Positions 1 through 7,759 of a stretch of DNA of 24,000 bases are shown in pieces. Under the pieces are notes generated by a model. That model saw only the letters and a list, made by a program, of their open reading frames with translations. It searched no databases and had not been told where the DNA came from. Made by a program: the position numbers and the translations under genes. Position 1 is the stretch's first letter; every line of letters starts with the position of its first letter. Where the stretch lies: contig NZ_JBPFDG010000003.1 in NCBI RefSeq assembly GCF_051025635.1, positions 338,451-362,450 on the forward strand. Direction: 5' to 3'. The DNA comes from Williamsia sp. MIQD14 (GTDB lineage Bacteria; Actinomycetota; Actinomycetes; Mycobacteriales; Mycobacteriaceae).

Positions 1-233
1 CGGCGTCGTACCGCGTCGGCGAGTTCGGCGTAGGTGAGGGTGCGGTCGGGGTCGCTGACGGCGGGCGTTCCCGGCGCACGCCGCGCCGCGGCATCGACCA
101 GCTCCCACAGGGGCGCGTCGTCGACGACCCCCGCGGCACGGTATCGCCGCAGCGCGTCGGGGTCGTGGGGCACGAAGCCGGTTGCGAGATCGTCGGTCTC
201 GGGGGTCGGGCGCGGGAGTGTGGGCTGGGCCAT
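1..233 (-). CDS. mbtA: Aryl-acid (salicylate) adenylating enzyme, MbtA/EntE family, N-terminal fragment; gene continues past the left window edge
   Basis: Open-ended, so absent from the ORF track. The reverse complement from CAT at 231-233 reads MAQPTLPRPTPETDDLATGFVPHDPDALRRYRAAGVVDDAPLWELVDAAARAPGTPAVSDPDRTLTYAELADAVRR with no stop to the edge. The 'GFVP..P.....YRAAG' and 'TYAEL' segments parallel the N-terminus of M. tuberculosis MbtA as I recall it. It is divergently paired with a salicylate synthase. Confidence 0.7.
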   Translation of the reverse strand, partial: MAQPTLPRPTPETDDLATGFVPHDPDALRRYRAAGVVDDAPLWELVDAAARRAPGTPAVSDPDRTLTYAELADAVRR

Positions 234-256
234 GACGACATCCAATCACGCCTACG

Positions 257-275
257 TTAGGGTAGCCTTTCCATA
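257..275. promoter_or_regulatory. IdeR/DtxR-type iron box in the divergent mbtA-like / mbtI-like intergenic region
   Basis: TTAGGGTAGCCTTTCCATA matches the remembered 19-bp consensus TWAGGTWAGSCTWACCTWA at 16/19 positions (hand count). It lies 52 nt upstream of the salicylate synthase start and 24 nt from the divergent start. Confidence 0.6.
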
Positions 276-326
276 CCCCGATGCGCTCGCGATCCGAGTG
301 CACACGACTCCCAGGGAAGCAGACTC

Positions 327-1655
327 ATGTCGTTGACCGTCGACGCCGCACCGCCCCCCACCCCTGCCGTCGATGATCCCGCGCGAGCTGCCGATGTCGT
401 CGCCGCCTGGGCGGCGTCGGGCGAGTTCGGGGACCACGTGGTCTACGAGCGGAACGGTCGTTGGACCTTCGCGGCGGGCGTCCGATCACGGATCATCCTC
501 ACCGGCACCGAGATCCGCGTCGACGACGGCGAGCACAGTGCGGTCACCGCGTGGACGGGCGAGCCGTCGGAGGCTCTGGAGTCGGCGGTGTCGTCACTGT
601 CGTCGGGTGCGGACTGGCGCGTGTACGGCTGGGTCGGGTTCGACTTCTGCGCCGCCCGCCACGGCCTGGGAGACCACGTCGACGGCGACGCCGTCCTGGC
701 GCACCTCATCGTCCCCGAGTTCGAGGCGTACGTCGACGCCGACGGAGTCGACACCGGCACCGCCGATCCCGCCGGCGCAGCCCGCCTGCGACACCTCGCC
801 CACGTCTCGGCGGATCCCGCGGCGAGCCGCGCGGTCGATGTCGACACCGACGTCGACGACTACCGCGGTCGGGTGGCCACGGCGGTCGCCGAGATCGCGG
901 ACGGTCGCTATCACAAGGTCATCATGTCGCGGGAGGTGTCGATACCGTTCGCCGTCGACATCCCGGCCACGTACGCGCGGGGTCGCGCCGCGAACACCCC
1001 GGCGCGGTCGTTCCTGCTCTCGCTCGGCGGGCTGTCCGCGGCCGGCTTCAGTCCCGAACTCGTCGTCGCCGTCGATGCCCGGGGCGTCGTGATCACCGAG
1101 CCCCTGGCGGGCACCCGGGCTCTGGGGCAATCGGCCGAGGCCGATCTGCGGGCGCGCGACGATCTGCTGTCGGACGGCAAGGAGATCGCCGAGCACGCGA
1201 TGTCGGTGCGTGCGTGCGTCGACGAGATCGCGTCGGTCTCGCGTGACGGGTCGACCACGGTCGACGAGTTCATGGAGGTCCGTCGCCGCGGCAGCGTGCA
1301 ACACCTCGCCTCCACCGTCAGCGGTCGGCTGGACGCGGGTGTCAGCGCGTGGGACGCGCTCGCCGTGCTGTTCCCCTCGATCACCGCCTCCGGTATCCCG
1401 AAAGCCCCTGCGCTGGAGGCGATCTATCGCCTCGAACCCACCTCGCGGGGTCTGTACTCGGGTGCGGTGATGACCGCCTCGTCGACCGGCGAGCTCGAGG
1501 CCACCCTCGCCCTGCGCACCATCTTCGCCGACTCCGACCGTGCCTGGCTGCGGGCCGGCGCAGGCGTCGTCGCCGCCTCCACACCCGACCGCGAGTTCAC
1601 CGAGACCTGCGAGAAGCTCGGCAGCGTCGCGCCCTACGTGGTCCCCGCCCGGTGA
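327..1655 (+). CDS. mbtI: Salicylate synthase (isochorismate synthase / isochorismate-pyruvate lyase), MbtI/Irp9 family
   Basis: 442-aa ORF. It has long collinear similarity to MbtI as recalled: 'GRYHKVIMSREV', 'NTPARSFLL', 'SPELVVAV', 'VVITEPLAGTRALG', 'KEIAEHAMSV', 'RGSVQHLAST', 'LFPSITASGIPKA', 'RGLYSGAV', 'WLRAGAGV', 'REFTETCEKL'. Confidence 0.92.
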   Translation: MSLTVDAAPPPTPAVDDPARAADVVAAWAASGEFGDHVVYERNGRWTFAAGVRSRIILTGTEIRVDDGEHSAVTAWTGEPSEALESAVSSLSSGADWRVYGWVGFDFCAARHGLGDHVDGDAVLAHLIVPEFEAYVDADGVDTGTADPAGAARLRHLAHVSADPAASRAVDVDTDVDDYRGRVATAVAEIADGRYHKVIMSREVSIPFAVDIPATYARGRAANTPARSFLLSLGGLSAAGFSPELVVAVDARGVVITEPLAGTRALGQSAEADLRARDDLLSDGKEIAEHAMSVRACVDEIASVSRDGSTTVDEFMEVRRRGSVQHLASTVSGRLDAGVSAWDALAVLFPSITASGIPKAPALEAIYRLEPTSRGLYSGAVMTASSTGELEATLALRTIFADSDRAWLRAGAGVVAASTPDREFTETCEKLGSVAPYVVPAR

Positions 1656-2650
1656 CCGACGACACTCGCACGCCCGATTTCCCGACGGTCGAGGTGACCG
1701 ACCTCGTCAAGAGCTACGGCGGGGTGCGGGCGCTGGCGGGCATCTCGTTCACCGTCGCGCGCGGCGAGGTGCTCGGGCTGCTGGGTCCGAACGGCAGCGG
1801 CAAGACGACGACGGTGTCGGTGCTGTCGACATTGCAGCGGCCCACGTCGGGCACCGCCCGGATCTGTGGGCACGACGTCGTCGCCGACGCGGCCCGTGTG
1901 CGCGAGCTGATCTCGCTCACCGGCCAGTACGCGGCGGTCGATCCCGGCCTCACCGCGGCCGAGAACCTGGCGGTGTTCGGCCGACTGACCGGCCTGCGCG
2001 GCCGTCACCTCACGAGCCGCATCGACGATCTGGTCGACCAGTTCGACCTCGGCGCCGTCCGCGGACGGCGGGTGGGACACCTCTCCGGCGGGATGCGGCG
2101 TCGGGTCGACATCGCCGGCGCGCTCGTCACCCGACCGGAGGTCGTGTTCCTCGACGAACCGACGACGGGCCTCGACCCGCGCAGCCGCGCCGCCGTCTGG
2201 GACACCGTCGCCGGGTTGCGCGACGCCGGCATCACGGTGGTGCTCACCACGCAGTACCTCGAGGAGGCCGACCGCCTCGCCGACCGCATCGTGCTGCTCG
2301 ATCGCGGCGCCGTGGTGGCGACCGGCAGTCCAGGACAGCTCAAGTCCCGTGCCGGGGGAGCGGTCTGCGAGATCACCGTCGCCGACGGCGAGAACGCCGC
2401 CCGCGCCACCGCTCTGCTCACCGGCTTCGACGTCGTCGACACCGGCGACGACCCGTCGGGGCCGCCAACCGAACCGGGGCGGGCGCGGCTCGTCGTCCGT
2501 GCCCCCGACGGGGTCACCACCGTCGGTGAGGTCATCGCACGGCTCGACGGTGTCGGCGACGACGGGCGCGGCGTCGAGGTCGTCGACATCGGTCTGCGCC
2601 GCCCCTCGCTCGACGAGGTGTTCCTCCAACTCACCGACGCGCCGGCATGA
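1652..2650 (+). CDS. ABC transporter ATP-binding protein (DrrA-like, ABC-2 exporter subfamily)
   Basis: Walker A 'GPNGSGKTT', signature 'LSGGMRRR', Walker B 'VVFLDEPTTGLD'. Start chosen at GTG 1652, which overlaps the mbtI-like stop as GTGA. The Arg-rich extension from 1349 in the track looks like read-through of an off-frame. Confidence 0.9.
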   Translation: MTDDTRTPDFPTVEVTDLVKSYGGVRALAGISFTVARGEVLGLLGPNGSGKTTTVSVLSTLQRPTSGTARICGHDVVADAARVRELISLTGQYAAVDPGLTAAENLAVFGRLTGLRGRHLTSRIDDLVDQFDLGAVRGRRVGHLSGGMRRRVDIAGALVTRPEVVFLDEPTTGLDPRSRAAVWDTVAGLRDAGITVVLTTQYLEEADRLADRIVLLDRGAVVATGSPGQLKSRAGGAVCEITVADGENAARATALLTGFDVVDTGDDPSGPPTEPGRARLVVRAPDGVTTVGEVIARLDGVGDDGRGVEVVDIGLRRPSLDEVFLQLTDAPA

Positions 2651-3429
2651 CCGCTGTCCTCGACGACCGGTCGTCGGTCGGCCTGGTGTCGGCGTCGGCC
2701 ACGTTGGCGGGCAGAAAGATCCGTGCCGCCGTCCGGTCCGGCGACGCCACCTTCGCGCTGCTGAGCCCCGCGGTGTTCTTCCTCTGCTTCCACACCCCGC
2801 TGCACCGCCGGTTCGAACTCGGTGGTGGCGACTACGCGCAGTTCCTCACCCCGCTGATCCTGGTGCAGGCCGGGCTGTTCGCCGCGATCGCGGCCACCGA
2901 GTCGGCGGGTGCCGATGCCCGTGCGGGCACCCGCATGCGGATGATGTCGATGCCGATCTCCCGTCTCGCGCCGGTCGTGGCCCGCATGACGTGGGTGTCG
3001 GTGCGGATGGTGCTGTCGATCGCCGCCGGTGTCGCCGTCGGCGCGGTTCTCGGCTTCCGCTTCGACGGATCATCCGTCGACACAGCGCTGTTCGTGTGTC
3101 TGCTCGTCGCGTTCGCGGTGTCGGTCAGCCTGCTCACCGATGCGGTGGGCACGATCGTGACCGGCTCGGCCGCGGTCGCCGGCGTGCTGATGATCCCGCA
3201 GCTCATCCTGGTGATGGCCTCGACCGGACTCGTTCCCGCCGAGGGCTTCCCGGGCTGGGCGCAACCGTTCGTCCGCAACCAGCCCGTGTCGGTGCTGACC
3301 GACGCGCTGCGTGCTCTCGCCGAGGGACGTGACATCGACGTCGTCGCGATCGGGTTGTGGTCGCTGGGCCTGTTCGCAGCCGGAGTTCTCGCCGTGAGCA
3401 TCGCCGGACGACGGCAGTTCGCCCGATGA
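2647..3429 (+). CDS. ABC-2 type transporter permease (first of two)
   Basis: 260-aa hydrophobic protein with multiple predicted TM stretches ('AVFFLCF', 'LILVQAGLFAAIAA', 'VLSIAAGVAVGAVLG', 'LFVCLLVAFAVSVSLL', 'LMIPQLILVMA', 'LWSLGLFAAGVLAV'). ATGA overlap with the upstream ATPase stop. Confidence 0.8.
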   Translation: MTAVLDDRSSVGLVSASATLAGRKIRAAVRSGDATFALLSPAVFFLCFHTPLHRRFELGGGDYAQFLTPLILVQAGLFAAIAATESAGADARAGTRMRMMSMPISRLAPVVARMTWVSVRMVLSIAAGVAVGAVLGFRFDGSSVDTALFVCLLVAFAVSVSLLTDAVGTIVTGSAAVAGVLMIPQLILVMASTGLVPAEGFPGWAQPFVRNQPVSVLTDALRALAEGRDIDVVAIGLWSLGLFAAGVLAVSIAGRRQFAR

Positions 3430-4241
3430 CCGCCGGACACGCTGCGGCACAGCTCACTCCGGTGCGCGGCTCGGTGGGTCTCACCCGCCAATCGGTCGTG
3501 CACGCGACCGCGCTGCTGCGCACGTGGTCGCGCGATCCCGGCATCGTGGTGCAGGCCGTCGTGTTCCCGGTGTTCCTGCTGCTGATGTTCCAGCTTGTGC
3601 TCGGCAAGACCGTCACCTCGATGGGCAGCGGCGACAGCATCGTGGGCAACACGGGACTCGTCGCCCTCGTCGGCGCGCTCTACGGGACCGTCGCCGCCGC
3701 GCTGACCGTGATCGCCGACCGCGACTCCGGCGTCCTCGCGCGACTGTGGACCCTGCCGGTGCACCGGTCGGGCTTCCTCCTCGGCCGTCTGCTCGCCGAG
3801 GCGATACGTACCGCGATGGGGACCGTCGTCCTGTTCGCGGTCGCCACGACGATGGGTTTCCGTTTCGATCAGGGGATAGCCGCCGCGGTCGGGGCCCTCG
3901 CCGTACCGATGGTGTTTGGTGTGGGCGTGGCCATCCCGGTGATCGCTCTGGCGACGGTCGCCGCGGGACGCGAGGTGGTGCAGCTGCTCGGTGGCGCGTT
4001 CCTGTTCCTGCTGTTCTTCACCACCGGGTTCGCCCCGCTCACCGAGTACCCGGGGTGGATCCGGCCTGTGGTCGCGCATCAACCCATGAGTCCGGCGATC
4101 GACGCGATCGCCGGCCTCACCGACGGCGGCCCCGTCGCCGCACCCCTCGCGGTCACCGCGGCCTGGACGCTCGGCCTCGCGATCGTGTTCGGCCCGGTGG
4201 CGATGCGCGGCTACCGGCGTGCCGCCGCAGGACCCCGATGA
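3426..4241 (+). CDS. ABC-2 type transporter permease (second of two)
   Basis: Start taken at ATG 3426 (ATGA overlap with the previous stop), giving 'MTAGHAAAQL...'. Multiple TM stretches ('VVFPVFLLLMFQLVLG', 'GLVALVGALYGTVAAAL', 'VVLFAVATTMG', 'FLFLLFFTTGF', 'AAWTLGLAIVFG'). Size and position are typical of a DrrB-like partner. Confidence 0.8.
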   Translation: MTAGHAAAQLTPVRGSVGLTRQSVVHATALLRTWSRDPGIVVQAVVFPVFLLLMFQLVLGKTVTSMGSGDSIVGNTGLVALVGALYGTVAAALTVIADRDSGVLARLWTLPVHRSGFLLGRLLAEAIRTAMGTVVLFAVATTMGFRFDQGIAAAVGALAVPMVFGVGVAIPVIALATVAAGREVVQLLGGAFLFLLFFTTGFAPLTEYPGWIRPVVAHQPMSPAIDAIAGLTDGGPVAAPLAVTAAWTLGLAIVFGPVAMRGYRRAAAGPR

Positions 4242-4300
4242 CCCGACCTCCCGTCCACGCAGTCGACCCCACGACGACTCACAGCAAAGGAGCACCACCC

Positions 4301-4576
4301 ATGACCGAACCCACCGCTGACCCCGGCGCAGACCGCGTGCACGACGAGCTCCGCGACATCCTCGCGAACGACCTCGATCTGTCCCCCGACCACGTCACCG
4401 GCTCGGCCCGCCTCGTCGACGACCTCGGTCTCGACTCGGTCGCCGTCGCGATCGGTGTCGTCGCCATCGAGGAACGCCTCGGCGTCGCCCTCACCGAACG
4501 CGAGATCTTCGAGAGCGCCTCGGTCGCCGACCTCGAGCAGGTCATCCGGTCGCGTCTGGCCGTGGTCGGCGGATGA
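4301..4576 (+). CDS. Stand-alone acyl/peptidyl carrier protein (MbtL-like)
   Basis: 91 aa. Phosphopantetheine attachment motif 'DDLGLDSVAVAIG' with Ser46 at 4436-4438. SD 'AAAGGAG' lies 7-13 nt upstream of ATG 4301. Only the last 91 codons of the 350-aa track ORF look coding. Confidence 0.85.
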   Translation: MTEPTADPGADRVHDELRDILANDLDLSPDHVTGSARLVDDLGLDSVAVAIGVVAIEERLGVALTEREIFESASVADLEQVIRSRLAVVGG

Positions 4577-5865
4577 CCGAGACGACCGAGGTCGCAGACG
4601 TCGCGACGGATGCCGCGGCCGGCCCGACCGAGTACGGCCCGCCGGATTTCACCTACCTGCACATGGACACCCCTGCGCGGCCGATGCACTGGTCGATGGT
4701 CCTCGAGATCGCCGGCGGTGACGCCCCGGTGGGCATCGACGAGATCCGCGATCGGGTGCGCTCGCGGGTCGCGCGCTACGACGTGTTCGGCGTGGGCGTG
4801 CGTGGCGGGCGGTGGCGTCGTCCCGACATCGTCGTGACGCCCGCCGACGCGATCGACATCGACCACCACGTCGTCGCCACCGAGGTGGCCGACGCCGCGG
4901 CCCGTGACCGGATGATCGCCGAGCTGTGCGCCACCCACCTACGACGTCCGGATCCGTTCTGGCACATCACCCTGATGACCGTCGCGGAGTCGGGTGAGCA
5001 GCTGCTGGTGCTGCGGGTGCACCACAGCCTGTCCGACGGCCTGGCCGGTGCGGCGTTCGCCGCGCTGCTCGCCGACGGGACGCCCGAGCAGCTCGCCGAG
5101 TTCGACCGGTTCGGCGCCGGTCCCCGCTTCCGCGTCGGCGACGTCGATCCCGACGTGCTCGCCGACGCCCGCGCCGCCCACGACGAGCAGTGGAAGGCCG
5201 GCCGGTCCGGTCGCGGCTGGCCCGCGCTCACCAGATCCGGCCGCCGCGAGATCGCGACGGTGTCGGTGTCGACCCGCGACCTCCGTCGTGCCGCGAAGCG
5301 CCACGAGGCCACGGTGCACGAGTTCGTGCTGGGTGCCGTCGGCCGAACCCTCAGCGCGCATCCGCCGACCGCGACCGGTCCCGAGAACATCCGGGTGACC
5401 CTGCCCGCCACCCTCGATCCCACGTTCCGCCACACCGGGAACGCCGTGTCGGTGACACTGCTCAACCTCGCGGGCGACGACACCGACCTCGACCGGCAGA
5501 TCGCCCGGAGCCGGGAGCAGTTGTCGCTCATCGAGACCCGGCGCGCGGCACTCGCACTCGCCGCCACCGGGCACCCGTCGCCGCCGTGGCCGGTGATGCG
5601 CGCCATCGTCGGGGCCTCGATGTCGCGGATGGCGCCCGACATCCACATCGGGGTGAATCCCGGGTTCTCCCGGGTGCGTTCGGTGCTGGGGCGTCGGATC
5701 GTCTCGCTCACGCCGCTGTCGCCGCTGGGCGGGTACTCGTTCTCGGTGACCTCGCTGGTCCTCGGCGACCGCACCACGTTCGGGATCGTCACCGACCCGC
5801 AGGCCCTCCCCGGCTACGCGGCGCGCTTCGCCGCCGCCTTCGACGAGCTCCTCACCGCCCCCTGA
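4573..5865 (+). CDS. WS/DGAT-family (wax ester synthase / diacylglycerol acyltransferase-like) acyltransferase
   Basis: 430 aa. N-terminal 'D..YLHMDTPARPMHWSMVLEI' resembles the WS/DGAT N-terminus ('D..FL..E....PMH'). Catalytic 'HHSLSDG' (HHxxxDG) is at 5020-5040. ATGA overlap with the carrier-protein stop. Confidence 0.75.
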   Translation: MTETTEVADVATDAAAGPTEYGPPDFTYLHMDTPARPMHWSMVLEIAGGDAPVGIDEIRDRVRSRVARYDVFGVGVRGGRWRRPDIVVTPADAIDIDHHVVATEVADAAARDRMIAELCATHLRRPDPFWHITLMTVAESGEQLLVLRVHHSLSDGLAGAAFAALLADGTPEQLAEFDRFGAGPRFRVGDVDPDVLADARAAHDEQWKAGRSGRGWPALTRSGRREIATVSVSTRDLRRAAKRHEATVHEFVLGAVGRTLSAHPPTATGPENIRVTLPATLDPTFRHTGNAVSVTLLNLAGDDTDLDRQIARSREQLSLIETRRAALALAATGHPSPPWPVMRAIVGASMSRMAPDIHIGVNPGFSRVRSVLGRRIVSLTPLSPLGGYSFSVTSLVLGDRTTFGIVTDPQALPGYAARFAAAFDELLTAP

Positions 5866-5886
5866 CCCGCCAGTTGGACACGTAAC

Positions 5887-5969
5887 GACCGCAGTCGGGC
5901 ACCGCTTTGTTCGGCCGCCCGCGATCTGAAAGCACAGATTACGAACGACCGACCGACCCGTAGAAGACC
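5887..5969 (+). repeat. Left copy of a degenerate direct repeat bounding the low-G+C insertion (tentative)
   Basis: Collinear short matches with 7592-7658: 'gaccgcag' (5887-5894 / 7592-7599), 'acgaac' (5941-5946 / 7622-7627), 'cgaccgaccc' (5950-5959 / 7639-7648), then 'tagaagacc' versus 'tagaccc'. The spacing between blocks differs. Confidence 0.25.
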
Positions 5970-6115
5970 GGCCTCGGAAGCCGCGCCTGCGCCTATTTAA
6001 TCGGCAGCGCCAACGGAGTGCGGCATCCAGTCGGAGGTGATATCCCGGGACTCACGACCCGCACGGTCGTCGCCACGGCGGCTGGCCAATTGCGGTGCGT
6101 CACGGAAGGCCCTGA

Positions 6116-6334
6116 GTGAGCGCGATTATCGATTCCAAAGGTCCGCTGTCGATCGATCTGGTGTCCCTGCTCGGCTTCGCCTTTCACGAAACGAGTGTCG
6201 GCGACATGCCGAGCATTCGGGACGAGATGTCGCAGGCCGTATCATTGAGCGTGCCGATTGCGGTCCAGTGGGCCATCATTCCCCCGAGTCGGGGGCTGTC
6301 CCTTGGAGGAGGAAAGTTGAATGTTTCTTCGTGA
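6116..6334 (+). CDS. Hypothetical small protein (72 aa), questionable
   Basis: GTG-initiated ORF directly after an in-frame TGA. Its third-codon positions are noticeably more G/C-rich than in the alternative frame 6037-6348 (hand inspection). It ends 14 nt inside the next ORF. No recognisable motif and no clear SD. Confidence 0.25.
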   Translation: MSAIIDSKGPLSIDLVSLLGFAFHETSVGDMPSIRDEMSQAVSLSVPIAVQWAIIPPSRGLSLGGGKLNVSS

Positions 6335-7313
6335 CTACCTATATGTAGATTTGGATAAAGTTCGGGCGTTGATATCGCAAATACTTGATGGAGTTCCCGA
6401 ACTGTCGACTCGCGTGGAAAGAAAAGAGAAAGACCGAGAGTTAAAAAATCGATACATTGGGGGCGTGTCGACGAAAAACGCAGATGAGCAATCGTACGAG
6501 AATAGTCTCTCGGACTCGTTGTTTCGAATCCTCGAAGAGGAACTGGAGCCGCTAGGGCTACTGGTAGATGTTTCACAAGAGCTCGCCGCGTCTAATGATT
6601 GGGGGGCACTTGAGGATACGATCTACCCGGGCGCCATCCTACGAATTTCGGCGCCAGCCACTCTTTTTCACCCGGGGCATCTTTCGAATGCGTTGGTTGG
6701 TATTGCGACGGCTGCGCACGGGTTGTCGACACTGGGAGACGTCGATGCGCCTCCTCCGGCTGGCCCTGGCGGGGGTAAGCGCAAAAATCAGCCTAGAAAC
6801 CGAGCGCTTCCTCAAAAGGTTGCGGGCGGCAACCCGGAAGATTTGTTGCCCTCTGAGGCCAAGATTCCTGTCCTTGACATACCTCGGGAAGAGCTTTCAG
6901 GAATGATTCAGCTTATTCGGGGTCTTTACGACAACGGTGTGCATCTCACAATGAAGCCGTGTGGCTCCGATGGCCCGGTGGTCTCGGCGCGCCTCGAAAG
7001 TGGAAGAAGGTTCCTTGATGCATCGCCTGAGATACTGTTCTCTCGCTACGGCTCAGGCGAACAGGTCTGGACCGCGGTCGGGCTGGTCGGACAGTTAGGC
7101 ATAACTGCCCCTGATGCCGATCCGCCGAGAGCTGTAGACGACGATGGAAACATAAGCCGTGCGTCCACAATGGGACTGATCGACTGGTTTCTCTCGATTG
7201 CGGGCACGTCAGGTCTGATTGACCAGCCTGTCAAGCCTAGCTTTTCATTCGTGCCACTTGCAGTCTATAGATCGATTGGACAGCCTGAGGTGCAGCCGAG
7301 TCTGCATGCGTAA
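6321..7313 (+). CDS. Hypothetical protein (330 aa), no assignable family; cargo of the low-G+C insertion
   Basis: Longest ORF in the islet. Strong SD 'GGAGGAGGA' (6305-6313) lies 7 nt before ATG 6321. The composition looks protein-like and is not Arg/Gly/Pro-skewed like the shadow ORFs. N-terminal 'MFLRDYLYVDLDKVRALISQILDG', central Gly/Pro/Lys/Arg-rich linker 'PPPAGPGGGKRKNQPRNRALPQK'. No TM segment, signal peptide or catalytic motif recognised. Confidence 0.75.
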   Translation: MFLRDYLYVDLDKVRALISQILDGVPELSTRVERKEKDRELKNRYIGGVSTKNADEQSYENSLSDSLFRILEEELEPLGLLVDVSQELAASNDWGALEDTIYPGAILRISAPATLFHPGHLSNALVGIATAAHGLSTLGDVDAPPPAGPGGGKRKNQPRNRALPQKVAGGNPEDLLPSEAKIPVLDIPREELSGMIQLIRGLYDNGVHLTMKPCGSDGPVVSARLESGRRFLDASPEILFSRYGSGEQVWTAVGLVGQLGITAPDADPPRAVDDDGNISRASTMGLIDWFLSIAGTSGLIDQPVKPSFSFVPLAVYRSIGQPEVQPSLHA

Positions 7314-7591
7314 TAAGAAGTTATGTGTATACGCGACTAGTAACGAAAGTCAGAGAGCGAAAGAATCTCAAACAAATTTCAAGGCGTCGGATTCGTACGC
7401 GCGGCAACTGGCAGTGTTAATTTTCGTGTGTCGCGCATATCCTAGGGTGGTGGGACCCTCGTCTTGACCCGCGCCTCGCGGTCCGCTCGAACTAGCTTTG
7501 AAGCTGTTCGGCGGCCCCCGCGACCAACGTCGAACCCAGCAGTACATCCGAATCGTGCCTGTGTCTTCTTTCCGCAAGTTTAAGCGGCAGT

Positions 7592-7658
7592 GACCGCAGA
7601 CTGCCATTTGCACTCGCAAGAACGAACTTCGAAAGTTTCGACCGACCCTTCTAGACCC
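7592..7658 (+). repeat. Right copy of a degenerate direct repeat bounding the low-G+C insertion (tentative)
   Basis: See the left copy (5887-5969). It also contains a small hairpin, ggcagt-gaccgcag-actgcc (7587-7606). Confidence 0.25.
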
Positions 7659-7759
7659 CTCTTCATGCCATGCTGAACAATTGCTGGCACTGTCACGTTC
7701 GTCAGAAGTCGCAGCGAGATCCAACCGGGCCGTCAGCACTTACCGCCCAAATGGGGCGT

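Larger units (their letters stand above)
5866..7759. other. Low-G+C insertion (putative horizontally acquired islet) between the convergent ends of two siderophore operons
   Basis: Hand counts: line 6361-6420 has 30/60 G+C and line 6421-6480 has 26/60, against 42/60 for line 5701-5760 in the flanking gene. A/T-rich strings such as 'tatttaat', 'ttaaaaaatc' and 'taataagaagttatgtgtatac' do not occur in the flanks. No integrase or transposase ORF. Confidence 0.7.

Noticed and set aside
1349-1651. N-terminal 101-codon extension of the ABC ATPase ORF
   Set aside because: It overlaps the 3' end of the salicylate synthase gene in another frame and is Arg-rich. GTG 1652 gives a GTGA-coupled start about 29 aa before the Walker A motif region, as in DrrA-like proteins.
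2832-4298. 488-aa - strand ORF across the two permease genes
   Set aside because: Highly charged Arg/Gly/His/Glu-rich sequence with no motifs. The + strand frames encode coherent multi-TM ABC-2 permeases with ATGA coupling.
3524-4300. Upstream 259 codons of the 350-aa ORF that ends as the carrier protein
   Set aside because: This portion is Arg/Pro/Gly-rich read-through overlapping the second permease in another frame. A good SD (AAAGGAG) and ATG at 4301 define a normal 91-aa carrier protein.
6184-6576. 130-aa - strand ORF overlapping the start of the 330-aa orphan gene
   Set aside because: It competes with a + strand gene that has a strong SD and a protein-like sequence. It has no start context or motif of its own.
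7440-7660. Search for a tRNA or tRNA-fragment att site at the islet border (e.g. 'gggttcgac' on the - strand near 7540)
   Set aside because: No acceptor or T-arm pairing could be built around the GTTCGA-like string, and there is no cloverleaf.
7368-7739. 123-aa - strand ORF in the non-coding tail of the low-G+C insertion
   Set aside because: No SD and no motifs. Cys/Arg/Ser-rich, odd composition. I treated it as a chance ORF, although a decayed gene fragment cannot be excluded.
7744-7758. Hairpin CGCCC-aaatg-GGGCG immediately next to the N-hydroxylase stop; also an imperfect hairpin at about 5897-5922 after the WS/DGAT stop
   Set aside because: The stems are only 5 bp or are bulged, with no convincing U-tract on the relevant strand. 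This is insufficient to call intrinsic terminators.
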